Positions 8,420 through 18,162 of a stretch of 64,000 nucleotides of DNA are shown here, piece by piece. The stretch covers positions 32,001-96,000 of the forward strand of contig JAZQAZ010000020.1 of assembly GCA_045545475.1 (NCBI GenBank), read 5' to 3'. How positions within the stretch are numbered: position 1 is the stretch's first letter; every line of letters begins with the position of its first letter. The stretch comes from Clostridia bacterium (GTDB taxonomy: Bacteria > Bacillota > Clostridia > CAKSNL01 > HGM11501). The notes beneath the pieces are model-generated. The model saw only the letters and a list, made by a program, of their open reading frames with translations, was not told the origin of the DNA and searched no databases. The position numbers were made by a program, and so were the translations under genes.

Positions 8420-10243
8420 TTATAATTCTGATACTGCGGGTGCTTCCGTTACGGGAGCAGTTGTTTCGGGAACCGCCGGAGTCTCTGTTACAGGCGTACT
8501 TGTTTCAGGAACTGCCGGAGTCTCTGTTACAGGAGTGCTTGTTTCGGGAACCGCCGGAGTCTCTGTTACAGGCGTACTTGTTTCGGGAACTACCGGAGTT
8601 TCTGTTACGGGAGCAGATGTTTCTGGTGATTCGGTAACAGGAGCATTGGGATCGGTAACTTCGGTGGAAGCTGCAAGCTCTGCATTTGTTCCGACACGCT
8701 TAACTTCTTTGTGAGCCATATAATAGCTTGTGGATTCTAAAGTTCTTGATTTAACTTCTCCGTCAACGGATACGATTCTGTAAACTGTGCACTTTGAACC
8801 ATTGGAACCCTTTTCGTCTATTTTTTCTTCTCCAAGGGGGAGAGTGGGGTCTTCGATAGTATCTGTTGTATAAGGAACGGCAGAAATACCTGTGGTTTCA
8901 AAAGATACTTCGAAGTTTTCTGTTTTGGTTCCCACAATTTCGCATATAACCTGTTTGCTGTCTGTGGTGTAAGCAACAATTTTTACGGGAAAGTCAGTAT
9001 CGTTGGAGAATTTGAAATCAACAGTGCCGTAGTCAACTGTGGCATCAAGTCCTATGGGAACATATGCAACACGGAACATATGGCAAAGTCTTTCTTCTAT
9101 CTTAAGGTTAGCCTTAAGAACTGATACATAAAGAGTTGATGAAACCTGACAGATGCCGCCGCCGTATTCCTGAACTGTCTCACCGTTAAGATATGCACCT
9201 GCCATCTTATAGCCTGCGGCAGCTGTACGTCTTCCAAGGGTATCGTTATAGGAGAAAACTTCACCGGGAAGAAGGATTTTTCCGTTGCAGCTTGATGCTG
9301 CAAGAGCCACGTTATGTGATCTGTTGGCACCGCTTGAAGAGTAGCTTGTGGTATATGAACTTAAAACATCACGGAAAAGTGCTTCTTCAAGTTCGTCTCT
9401 TGTATATTTGGCAAGCTCAATTGTAGCTGGGATTTCAAAAGTTTCACCGGGTTTTGTGTGCTTTTCAATAAGTTCCTTGGCAAGTTTTGCATTAACAGTA
9501 ACCTTGTCGTTTCCGTCGGTTATTTTTATGTTTCCGTCGGCATCTCTGTAATATGAAGCGGAAACAGCTTCTTTGGAATATTTATCTATAATAAGGTCAA
9601 TGTCAAGGGGAATGGGGTCGATGTTTTCAATTACGAAAGTAACAGAAGAAAAGTCAAGGTTTTTCATTGCATCGGCAAGAGTTTCTCGTGCTGTTACGGG
9701 ATTGATTGTGCGTGCACTTTTGCCGTTTGTAACAATGATTGCATCTTCTGTGAATTCATAGCTTGCCTGAACGGATTTGTCATAAGATGTAAAAGAAGCC
9801 ATGGTTTCGTCGAATATACGGTTGTTGATGTGAACGGAAAGCTCATGCTCTGTTTCTATGCCGAAAAGCGATTTAATGGCAGGCATGATAGATGAGAAAA
9901 ATCCGTCATGACCGTAATTATAAGCATTTTCAGCGGAGAGGCGACAATCATAGTCCGCACCGAATTGTGAATATGTAGCCTCTAAAACATCGTCGCCTGC
10001 AGTTATAATTATCTTTTCGTCCTTTATCACACTTATGCGGTCAAGGAGTTTTTCTTCAGCCTCATCTATGGTGCAACCTGAAAGGTCAACACCTCCCACG
10101 GTTACGCCTTTAAGTATAGTATCGCTTCCTGACTTTACAAGAGTTAACGTAACAGTTGCGATTATGAGGAGCAAAATTACTGCGACAACAATTATTGCAA
10201 TAATGGGGCCCTTTTTATTTCCTGATGAGTTTGTAAATGCCAT
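8420..10243 (-). CDS. VanW-family membrane-anchored protein (YoaR-like, putative peptidoglycan-binding region, VanW, G5-like, Pro/Thr tail)
   Basis: N-terminal TM; NRSHNVALAA, PGEVFSYN, GGGICQVSSTLY, YVPIGLDATV, DFKFSN. Confidence 0.9.
   Translation of the reverse strand: MAFTNSSGNKKGPIIAIIVVAVILLLIIATVTLTLVKSGSDTILKGVTVGGVDLSGCTIDEAEEKLLDRISVIKDEKIIITAGDDVLEATYSQFGADYDCRLSAENAYNYGHDGFFSSIMPAIKSLFGIETEHELSVHINNRIFDETMASFTSYDKSVQASYEFTEDAIIVTNGKSARTINPVTARETLADAMKNLDFSSVTFVIENIDPIPLDIDLIIDKYSKEAVSASYYRDADGNIKITDGNDKVTVNAKLAKELIEKHTKPGETFEIPATIELAKYTRDELEEALFRDVLSSYTTSYSSSGANRSHNVALAASSCNGKILLPGEVFSYNDTLGRRTAAAGYKMAGAYLNGETVQEYGGGICQVSSTLYVSVLKANLKIEERLCHMFRVAYVPIGLDATVDYGTVDFKFSNDTDFPVKIVAYTTDSKQVICEIVGTKTENFEVSFETTGISAVPYTTDTIEDPTLPLGEEKIDEKGSNGSKCTVYRIVSVDGEVKSRTLESTSYYMAHKEVKRVGTNAELAASTEVTDPNAPVTESPETSAPVTETPVVPETSTPVTETPAVPETSTPVTETPAVPETSTPVTETPAVPETTAPVTEAPAVSEL
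8461..8616 (-). repeat. 39-bp coding tandem repeat, 4 copies plus partial flanks (PVTETPAVPETST)
   Basis: TTGTTTCGGGAACCGCCGGAGTCTCTGTTACAGGCGTAC-like units start at 8461, 8500, 8539 and 8578. Confidence 0.9.
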
Positions 10244-10403
10244 TTGTTGTTCAATCCTTTCTCGATTTATGTTAAATATACTTGAATTTCAAAAAATATA
10301 TTGCTACATTATATTATAACAAAAAAATATAGGGTTGTAAACAGTTATTTTATATAAAAAAGAATAATATTAGGCTGTGCAAATAATGAAAACGTAAAAA
10401 GTT

Positions 10404-11147
10404 TCATCGACTGTTAATGTGCATATATGTAAATTGACGTCTGAAGGCTGTAGGAGATAACCCTTCGTGATATTTGAAAAAGTTTATAAAAGCGTTAGAA
10501 TTCACAAAGTTGAGGGATGCAGAGATTTCCTTTACGGAAAGGTTTGTGTTGGATAAAAGATTTTTGGCCGAGTTCACTATGGCACGGTCAATCAAAGCTT
10601 TTAAGGCAAATCCGCAGTGCTTTTTCGTGAGCCTGGAAAGATGTTCGCTGCTGTAGGAAAAATGGGTGGCAACTTTTTCGGCAGTAAGTTCGATTGTGGC
10701 GTTTGCCTGAATGTAGGAAAGAGCTTCTCTTACAGATCTTGGTAAAGTTTCTCTGCTGTTTTCGTAAGTGAGAAGTGAAAGAATATGCATGAGAATGGCA
10801 TCTTTCAATCCCTGATGTACGCCGGGAACCAGGCTGTAGTGCATAAGTTCCCTGAATAGATGAGGAGATGAAAAGTTCTTTGCAAAGCACGGAGCATCAA
10901 TTTCTCCGTCATGGTAAAAGTGCAGCCAGTAAAAGGAAACAGGACCGTTACTTGGCTTAAGTCCTCTGTGCATAATTCCTGCCTTCAATATTGCCGCTTC
11001 TCCTTTTTGGAGGATGATGGGGTTGCCATCCTCTTCTAAATATATATCATTTTTGAGATTGTAGATAAGCTCATGAGTTTTCTCTGTCCGCTTGGGATGA
11101 ATCCACAAAACATCCGAATCAAACAATCCCATGTAATCGAATTTCAT
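10404..11147 (-). CDS. AraC-family transcriptional regulator
   Basis: Cupin-like N-terminus; C-terminal double HTH (SVKEISASLNF...FFKYHEGLSPTAFR); divergent from GH127. Confidence 0.92.
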   Translation of the reverse strand: MKFDYMGLFDSDVLWIHPKRTEKTHELIYNLKNDIYLEEDGNPIILQKGEAAILKAGIMHRGLKPSNGPVSFYWLHFYHDGEIDAPCFAKNFSSPHLFRELMHYSLVPGVHQGLKDAILMHILSLLTYENSRETLPRSVREALSYIQANATIELTAEKVATHFSYSSEHLSRLTKKHCGFALKALIDRAIVNSAKNLLSNTNLSVKEISASLNFVNSNAFINFFKYHEGLSPTAFRRQFTYMHINSR

Positions 11148-11249
11148 ATCAATTTTTCACACCTTTTATCTGTTTTTGATATCTTGTCATAATGCAGGAA
11201 AAATTATATAATGAATTCAAAGAAAAGTCAATAAAAAGGGGGATTTTCC

Positions 11250-13055
11250 ATGAATTACATGAAAAATAAAAATGTGGAAATTACCGGCGGATACTGGAAA
11301 AGCAAGGAAGAAATAAATCGGAAAATCACAATGGATGCAGTATGGATCCGCTTTTCTGAAACCGGAAGAATAAAGGCTATTGCCTTTAACTACGAAAAGG
11401 ACGAAGATTTTACCGTGCATCACTTCTGGGATTCGGATGTTGCAAAGTGGATGGAAGCGGCAGCTTATTTCATAGGAAAAGGATATAACGAATTTTCTGA
11501 ACGAATGGAATATCTTGTTGACGGGATAGTAAATAATCAGATGGAAGACGGATATTTTAACTCTTTTTATCAGTATCCCGGGAAAATCGGCGGACGCTTT
11601 GCCGACAGAAACATGCATGAGCTTTACTGTGCGGGACACTTAATGGAGGCAGCATGTGCATATTACGAAGCGACAGGAAAAGACAGATTTCTAAGAGCGA
11701 TGGAACGCTATGCCGACCTTATAGAAAGGGTATTCATAAAAGAAGAAAGTGCTGCATTTTCAACCCCGGGCCATGAGGAGATAGAGCTTGCTCTTGTGAA
11801 AATGTATAAAACCACGGGAAATGAAAAATACCTTGATATGGCAAAATTTTTTATAGATAAAAGAGGCACAGATAAAAAAGATTACGGAGACAGATGGGGG
11901 ATTGTTGGCGTAGGCCTTTATTCCCAGAGTCATATTCCCGTAAGGGAACAAAAAACAGCAGAAGGTCATGCCGTAAGAGCTACATATCTTTATTCAGCCA
12001 TGGCTGATGTTGCAAAAATCTGTGGCGATAAAGCTCTGAAGGAAGCTTGCGAAAAGATTTTTTCGGACATTGTAACTAAAAAAATGTATATAACCGGCTC
12101 TGTTGGCTCGGGACGCCTTGGCGAGGCGTTTACCGTAGACTATGATTTGCCAAATGAGACGGCCTATGCGGAAACCTGTGCAGCAATCGGCCTTGCGTTT
12201 TTCGCAAACCGTATGACGGAACTTGAAAAAGATGCTTTTTATGCCGACGTAGCAGAGCGGGCTCTTTATAACGGAATGATGTCGGGCCTCGGAATAGAAG
12301 GAGATGACTTCTTTTATACAAATCCTCTTGAAATTTGTTTGTTGCATCATGGCAAGGATGTTTCCGTTAAGGAGTCTGAATGGCTTCCCATAACACAAAG
12401 AAAGAAAATATTCGATTGTTCCTGCTGTCCGCCTAATCTGAACCGTGTGCTTGCCTCGTTTGGCGGTATGATTTACGGATATGAAGGGAAAACGGTTTAT
12501 GTGAATCAGTTTGCAGAAAGCAAAGGGGATGAAAACGGACTTTGGATAAAGCAGAAAACCAATTACCCGAATGACGGTAAGGTTATAATAGAAAGTAATG
12601 CCGAAAGGCTTTGTGTAAGAATTCCCTCCTGGTGCACGAAATTTACTTCCGATGTTCCCTTTAAGGAAGAGAAGGGATATGCGGTATTTGACGGAGGATG
12701 TGCGGAAATAAACATGGAGATGAAGCCTGTGATTATCGAAGCAGATCCGAACATCAGGGATAATTATGGTAAGGCGGCACTCACATTTGGACCGATTGTT
12801 TACTGCCTTGAAGGAGTGGACAATAAAGATATTTTTACTGCAAGACTTTTAAGAGACAGCGAATTTTCTTTAGAATATGACGAAAAATTCATGTTGAAGC
12901 GAATAAAGGCTAAAGGCGAAAGAAAAATAGGCACGGAAAAGCTTTACTTTGCAATGAATAATGAAAAAGAAGAGGTAACACTTGATTTTATTCCTTACAG
13001 TTGCTTTGCAAACAGAGGAGAGTGCGATATGAGGGTATGGATTGATTTGACATAA
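11250..13055 (+). CDS. GH127 beta-L-arabinofuranosidase-family glycoside hydrolase
   Basis: FWDSDVAKWMEAA, HELYCAGHL, GHEEIELAL, GHAVRA, YAETCAAIG, CSCCPPN. Confidence 0.95.
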   Translation: MNYMKNKNVEITGGYWKSKEEINRKITMDAVWIRFSETGRIKAIAFNYEKDEDFTVHHFWDSDVAKWMEAAAYFIGKGYNEFSERMEYLVDGIVNNQMEDGYFNSFYQYPGKIGGRFADRNMHELYCAGHLMEAACAYYEATGKDRFLRAMERYADLIERVFIKEESAAFSTPGHEEIELALVKMYKTTGNEKYLDMAKFFIDKRGTDKKDYGDRWGIVGVGLYSQSHIPVREQKTAEGHAVRATYLYSAMADVAKICGDKALKEACEKIFSDIVTKKMYITGSVGSGRLGEAFTVDYDLPNETAYAETCAAIGLAFFANRMTELEKDAFYADVAERALYNGMMSGLGIEGDDFFYTNPLEICLLHHGKDVSVKESEWLPITQRKKIFDCSCCPPNLNRVLASFGGMIYGYEGKTVYVNQFAESKGDENGLWIKQKTNYPNDGKVIIESNAERLCVRIPSWCTKFTSDVPFKEEKGYAVFDGGCAEINMEMKPVIIEADPNIRDNYGKAALTFGPIVYCLEGVDNKDIFTARLLRDSEFSLEYDEKFMLKRIKAKGERKIGTEKLYFAMNNEKEEVTLDFIPYSCFANRGECDMRVWIDLT

Positions 13056-13139
13056 TGCACTAAAAAACATTTAAAATGCAATTTTGATAGGCAAAAAAAC
13101 AAAAAAATCAATCTGTTTATTTATTTTTATAAAAAAAGC

Positions 13140-13168
13140 TTGCATAAAAATAAAACAGGTGGTATAAT
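13140..13168 (+). promoter_or_regulatory. Sigma-A promoter of the amino-acid ABC operon
   Basis: TTGCAT-17 bp-TATAAT with extended -10 TG. Confidence 0.75.
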
Positions 13169-13200
13169 AGAGAACGATTAAAATATTGGAGGTAATATTT

Positions 13201-13962
13201 ATGAAAAAGTTATTGGCACTCATGCTTGCTCTTCTTATGGTATTCGCATTCTGCGGATGCGGCGAAGAAGCAGTAGAGGAAAACACAGAAGAAGTAAAGG
13301 TTCTTACAATGGCAACAAATGCAGAATTTCCTCCCTTCGAATATCTTGAAGGTGAAGAAATCGTAGGTGCTGACATTGACATTGCAATGGCTATCGCTGA
13401 AAAGCTCGGCAGAGAACTTAAGATTTCTAATATCGACTTTGATGCAGCTTTAACAGGTGCAGCAACAGGTAAGTATGATATGGCTGTTGCAGGAATCACA
13501 GCAAACGATGAGAGAAGAGCAAACATGAACTTCTCTATAGACTACTATACAGCTTCTCAGGCTATCATAGTAATGGCTGACAGCGAAATTGCTACAGCAG
13601 CTGATCTTGAAGGTAAGACTATTTCCTGCCAGGAAGGAACAACAGGTGAGCAGTATCTTCTTGATAACGGCTTTGCAATCCAGTCTTTCAAGACCGGTGC
13701 AGAAGCAATCACAGCTCTTACAGCAGGTAAGGTTGATGCTGTTGTAATAGACAATGCTGTTGCATTAGCTCTTTCTTCCAAGCAGGAAGGTAAGACAAAG
13801 GTTCTTGACGAAGCTCTTACAAAGGAAGCTTACGCAATCGCATTAAAGAAGGGTAACGACGAACTTACAGCAGAAATCGATGCAGCTCTTGAAGAACTCA
13901 AGGCTGATGGTACTCTTAAAGCAATATTTGAAAAATACGAATTGCCTTACGACGAGCAGTAA
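13201..13962 (+). CDS. Polar amino-acid ABC transporter substrate-binding lipoprotein
   Basis: Lipobox FCGC; ATNAEFPPFEY, GADIDIA, SBP_bac_3-type motifs. Confidence 0.93.
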   Translation: MKKLLALMLALLMVFAFCGCGEEAVEENTEEVKVLTMATNAEFPPFEYLEGEEIVGADIDIAMAIAEKLGRELKISNIDFDAALTGAATGKYDMAVAGITANDERRANMNFSIDYYTASQAIIVMADSEIATAADLEGKTISCQEGTTGEQYLLDNGFAIQSFKTGAEAITALTAGKVDAVVIDNAVALALSSKQEGKTKVLDEALTKEAYAIALKKGNDELTAEIDAALEELKADGTLKAIFEKYELPYDEQ

Positions 13963-13977
13963 GATGATGTTGAACTT

Positions 13978-14009
13978 AAAAAGCGGCGTATGTATGCGCC
14001 GCTTTTTTT
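13978..14009 (+). terminator. Intra-operon stem-loop after the substrate-binding gene
   Basis: AAAAAGCGGCGTA-TGTA-TGCGCCGCTTTTTTT. Confidence 0.7.
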
Positions 14010-14038
14010 GAAGAATTATAAATGAAAGGTAATATGCT

Positions 14039-14752
14039 ATGTTTACTGCAATAGTTGAATGGTTTAACAAGTGGACAGATACGCTGTATAATACGTTTAT
14101 TGTCGGCGACAGATATATGACGCTGATTCGTGGACTGGAAAAAACCCTTATCATAACTTTCGGAGCCTTGCTTATAGGTGTTGTTATAGGTACGATCGTT
14201 GCCATAATAAAGGTTTTTGCCGAAGGAAATTCTAAGATGAAATTTGTTGATGTATTATGCAATATATATCTTACGGTTATAAGAGGAACGCCGGTGGTTG
14301 TTCAGTTGCTTATTGCATTTTTCATCATATTCGTTAGTGCAGAAGACGGAACATGGGTTGCAACTTTGACATTCGGTATAAATTCCGGTGCTTATGTTGC
14401 TGAAACAATCAGGTCCGGTATTCTGGCTATAGGAAAAGGGCAGACTGAAGCCGGTCGTTCTCTTGGCTTAAGTAAGGTACAGACGATGTGGCTTATTATA
14501 CTTCCGCAGGCTTTTAAAAACATTCTTCCTGCGATAGGCAATGAAATGATTGCACTGCTTAAAGAAACTTCAGTTGCCGGATATGTGGCTGTAATAGACC
14601 TTACAAAAGCGGGAAATCAGATAAAGAACACAACATATGATCAGATTAATCCTATACTTTTAGTTGCGATTACATATCTTGTGATGGTAATTATATTAAC
14701 AAAACTTCTGGGAATTCTTGAAAGGAGGCTGCGTCAGAGTGATAAACGTTAA
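14039..14752 (+). CDS. Polar amino-acid ABC transporter permease
   Basis: [40 protein letters not shown]. Confidence 0.95.
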   Translation: MFTAIVEWFNKWTDTLYNTFIVGDRYMTLIRGLEKTLIITFGALLIGVVIGTIVAIIKVFAEGNSKMKFVDVLCNIYLTVIRGTPVVVQLLIAFFIIFVSAEDGTWVATLTFGINSGAYVAETIRSGILAIGKGQTEAGRSLGLSKVQTMWLIILPQAFKNILPAIGNEMIALLKETSVAGYVAVIDLTKAGNQIKNTTYDQINPILLVAITYLVMVIILTKLLGILERRLRQSDKR

Positions 14753-15461
14753 AGGTCTAAAAAAAGCCTTCGGAGATCATGTTGTATTAAATGGAATTGA
14801 TCAGCATATCAAAAAGGGGGAAGTTGTCTGCATAATCGGACCTTCCGGAAGCGGCAAGTCTACATTTCTTCGCTGCCTTAATCTTTTGGAACAGCCTACT
14901 GCAGGTCAGATTTTCATAAATGGTAATGACATTACGGATAAAAAGCAGAATATAAATAAACTTCGTCAGAAGATGGGGATGGTTTTCCAGCAGTTTAATC
15001 TTTTTCCTCATATGTCTGTAAAGAAAAATATTATGCTTGCACCCGTAAAGCTTAAGCTTATGAGTGAGGAAGAAGCTGAGAAAAAGGCAATTTCGCTTCT
15101 TGAAAGAGTAGGTCTTCCCGAAAAGGCGGACGCATATCCCGGACAGCTTTCCGGTGGTCAGCAGCAGAGAGTTGCAATTGCAAGAGCTCTTGCGATGAAT
15201 CCTGAAGTTATGCTTTTTGACGAGCCTACAAGTGCGCTTGATCCCGAAATGGTAGGAGAGGTTCTTCAGGTTATGAAGGAGCTTGCCAAAGAAGGCATGA
15301 CAATGGCTGTTGTTACCCACGAAATGGGATTTGCAAGGGAAGTTGCAGACAGAGTTTTATTCATTGACGAGGGAATCGTCATGGAAGAAGGAACTCCCGA
15401 GGAAATTTTCTCAAATCCGAAGAATGAAAGAACAAAATCATTCTTAAGCAAGGTACTTTAA
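14739..15461 (+). CDS. Polar amino-acid ABC transporter ATPase (GlnQ-like)
   Basis: Walker [35 protein letters not shown]; GTG start after AAGGAGG. Confidence 0.95.
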   Translation: MINVKGLKKAFGDHVVLNGIDQHIKKGEVVCIIGPSGSGKSTFLRCLNLLEQPTAGQIFINGNDITDKKQNINKLRQKMGMVFQQFNLFPHMSVKKNIMLAPVKLKLMSEEEAEKKAISLLERVGLPEKADAYPGQLSGGQQQRVAIARALAMNPEVMLFDEPTSALDPEMVGEVLQVMKELAKEGMTMAVVTHEMGFAREVADRVLFIDEGIVMEEGTPEEIFSNPKNERTKSFLSKVL

Positions 15462-15469
15462 TAAAAATT

Positions 15470-15495
15470 AAAAAGGCTGCGTTCGCAGCCTTTTT
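15470..15495 (+). terminator. Intrinsic terminator
   Basis: AAAAAGGCTGC-GTTC-GCAGCCTTTTT. Confidence 0.8.
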
Positions 15496-15518
15496 GTAAC
15501 CGTTGGAATGGTGAAAAT

Positions 15519-17615
15519 ATGATATTGATTATTGCGGAAAAGCCGAGCCTGGCAAGAAATATAGTTTCGGCAATCGGAAAAATGAACAAAAAGGGTGGAT
15601 ACTTTGAAGGCTCAGGTTATGTTGTTACCTGGGCTTTCGGGCATTTGTTTTCCCTTGCCGACATAGAATACTATTCTCCTTCGGAAAGTGGCAGGTGGTC
15701 GATGGAAAACATTCCCTGCTTTCCTGAAAAATTTCATTTCGAGCTTAAGCATGACAAGGGAGGAAGTGTGGATTCCGGAGTTAAAGGTCAGTTTGAAACT
15801 ATAAAGATGCTTTGCGGAAGAAGCGATGTTGATACCATAGTAAATGCAGGAGACTCTGACCGTGAAGGTGAAATCATCGTAAGAATATGCGTTGATAAGA
15901 CCGGGGTTAGCGGAAAAGCCTTCAAAAGACTGTGGCTTCCCGACCAGACGGAAGAAACAATATCCGAGGGTCTTAAAACAATGAAGGATGAGACTGAATA
16001 TGATTATCTTGCATCAGAAGGTTATGCGAGGACTTATATAGACTGGCTCTACGGTGTAAATCTCACAAGATATGCATCTCTTAAAACCGGCACATTGCTT
16101 CGTGTGGGAAGAGTAATTGTACCCATTGTAAAGGCGATTTATGACCGTGATATGGCAATCAGAAATTTTGTGCCGGAAATTTATTATGCGCCGCTTTCAA
16201 AGTGCGAAACCAAGGGAGAAGAAATTGAACTTTTAAGCAAAAAGAAATTCTCCAAGGATGAACTTGCCGAAGGTGCGGAATATTGTAATAAGCTGAATTC
16301 TGAAAAAGCAATTGTTAAGGAAAAGAAAACAAAAAAGGATATCCTTTCGCCCGGTAAGCTTTATTCTCTTACAAAGCTTCAGAATGTTTTGGGTAAAAAA
16401 TATAAAATGAGTATGGATGAAAGTTTAAGAGTGCTTCAGGGACTTTACGAAAAAGGATATGTAACTTATCCCAGAACAAACTCTGAATATCTTGCCAAGG
16501 CTGAGGCGGGGAAAATTAAAAACATAATTTCAGCATTCTGTAACCTTGGATACGATCTTGTTTTTAAAGATAAGAAAACCATATTTGACGATTCGAAAAT
16601 CGAGTCTCATTCGGCACTTACACCTACACATAAAATTCCAAAGAAGGAACAGCTAACAGATGCGGAGTATAAAGTTTACAGCACTGTTATGCGTCGCTTT
16701 GCGGCAGTTTTCTGCAAGGAAGAATGTAAGGTGGAGAAGACAGAAATTACAATTGCAGTGGGAGATATAGAAACCTTTACGTTAAAGGGTGTAATAATGA
16801 AAGAGCCGGGATGGACAAAATATGACGATTACGGCAAAAAGGATAAAACTTTGCCACCTTTGGAAAAGGGCGACGAGGTGAATACGGAGTTTATCCTGAC
16901 AGAAAAGGAAACTTCTCCTCCTAAGCATTATACCATCGAAACTCTTAATAATTATCTTAAAAATCCTTTCAAGGATGACCTGGCTGAAACAAAGGATGAA
17001 GATGATGCGGAAGAATACCGAGCAATCTTTGAAGGCCTTGAGCTTGGAACAGAGGCTACAAGAACAGGAATAATAGACAATGCAAAAAAGAGCGGATATA
17101 TCGCTCTTAAAAAGGATGTTTATACCATACTTCCCGGCGGTGAATTTCTGATAGAAGCACTCTCTAAAATGAACATTAGCATGGACAAATACAAAACCAG
17201 TGAGCTTGGAAAGGCTCTTAAAAAAGTTTTCAGGGGAGAAATGGAAATTGCCGAAAGTGTGGAAATCGCAAAGGCTGAAATTGCAGAAGTGTTCAAAAAA
17301 GATTCTGCACCTCCTGAAAAAAGCTCCGATACCGGATTTTTCGGAGATGTGGCAGGAAACTGCCCCATGTGCGGAAAGGAAGTTATAAGAAACCGCTTTG
17401 GCTATGGCTGTCGTGGTTATAAAGAAGGATGCTCTTTTAAAGTGGGAGAAACTATTTGCGGAAAAACTATTTCGATGGCTAATGTGAAGAAACTTCTTGC
17501 AACCGGAAGAACCTATAAAATAGAAGGTTTTGTTTCGAAAAAGAGCGGGAAAAGCTTCGATGCGTATCTTAAAATAGATAAAGACAAAAAGGTAGTATTT
17601 GATTTTAACGATTAA
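15519..17615 (+). CDS. topB: Type IA DNA topoisomerase (topoisomerase III-like)
   Basis: IAEKPS, TWAFGH, DSDREGE, catalytic TYPRT, HSALTPT, LGTEATR, C-terminal zinc ribbon and FVSKKSGKSFDA repeat. Confidence 0.88.
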   Translation: MILIIAEKPSLARNIVSAIGKMNKKGGYFEGSGYVVTWAFGHLFSLADIEYYSPSESGRWSMENIPCFPEKFHFELKHDKGGSVDSGVKGQFETIKMLCGRSDVDTIVNAGDSDREGEIIVRICVDKTGVSGKAFKRLWLPDQTEETISEGLKTMKDETEYDYLASEGYARTYIDWLYGVNLTRYASLKTGTLLRVGRVIVPIVKAIYDRDMAIRNFVPEIYYAPLSKCETKGEEIELLSKKKFSKDELAEGAEYCNKLNSEKAIVKEKKTKKDILSPGKLYSLTKLQNVLGKKYKMSMDESLRVLQGLYEKGYVTYPRTNSEYLAKAEAGKIKNIISAFCNLGYDLVFKDKKTIFDDSKIESHSALTPTHKIPKKEQLTDAEYKVYSTVMRRFAAVFCKEECKVEKTEITIAVGDIETFTLKGVIMKEPGWTKYDDYGKKDKTLPPLEKGDEVNTEFILTEKETSPPKHYTIETLNNYLKNPFKDDLAETKDEDDAEEYRAIFEGLELGTEATRTGIIDNAKKSGYIALKKDVYTILPGGEFLIEALSKMNISMDKYKTSELGKALKKVFRGEMEIAESVEIAKAEIAEVFKKDSAPPEKSSDTGFFGDVAGNCPMCGKEVIRNRFGYGCRGYKEGCSFKVGETICGKTISMANVKKLLATGRTYKIEGFVSKKSGKSFDAYLKIDKDKKVVFDFND

Positions 17616-17632
17616 TAAATTAAGAAAGAGGG

Positions 17633-18082
17633 ATGACTATGCTGATTAAGACTGTTACAGATGAAAAAATTGAAGGGGTAAAATTATACAACAGCTATTG
17701 CCGTGAAGAAGGCGCGGAAAACTTCTCCGAATTTGAACTTAACCTTGTGGAGATGGAATACGATGCTGCCTTTGCCGAAATGCTTAAAGATGAAATTGAG
17801 AAATATTATATGCACACCGTATTTACTTACGATTACGAAAGCAGTAGCGATGCGGGGGACGGGCGAGAGGATTATTACACAGAAGAAGGCGATGAAAAAA
17901 TAGATATTGATATGTGCATAGTTAAAGACGGCAGGCTTTTTGGAGTTATGTGCGAAAGCTTTGAAATACAGAGATTCTTGCTTCTTGATTGCCCGGAAAC
18001 CATCATTAGCCATCCGGGAAATTACGGGGGCAGGAATTATCACTTTTACAGAAACAAGTGCTTTAAGCTGCTGAAAAAATAA
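17633..18082 (+). CDS. Hypothetical acidic protein
   Basis: 149-aa ORF with a purine-rich RBS, co-oriented with topB and followed by a terminator; no family recognised. Confidence 0.7.
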   Translation: MTMLIKTVTDEKIEGVKLYNSYCREEGAENFSEFELNLVEMEYDAAFAEMLKDEIEKYYMHTVFTYDYESSSDAGDGREDYYTEEGDEKIDIDMCIVKDGRLFGVMCESFEIQRFLLLDCPETIISHPGNYGGRNYHFYRNKCFKLLKK

Positions 18083-18108
18083 TTTTAGAAAAAGTATCAT
18101 AAAAGATT

Positions 18109-18138
18109 AAAGGTCGCGGCAATTTGCCGCGACCTTTT
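18109..18138. terminator. Bidirectional terminator
   Basis: AAAGGTCGCGGC-AATTT-GCCGCGACCTTTT between convergent genes. Confidence 0.85.
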
Positions 18139-18162
18139 GATGTCATAAGGAAGGTATTCTTT

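Noticed and set aside
8420-10243. Vancomycin resistance locus
   Set aside because: VanW-domain proteins are widespread and no vanHAX/vanRS genes are present.
15519-17615. topB as a marker of a conjugative element
   Set aside because: No relaxase, type IV secretion or integrase genes are nearby, and the flanks are ordinary chromosomal genes.
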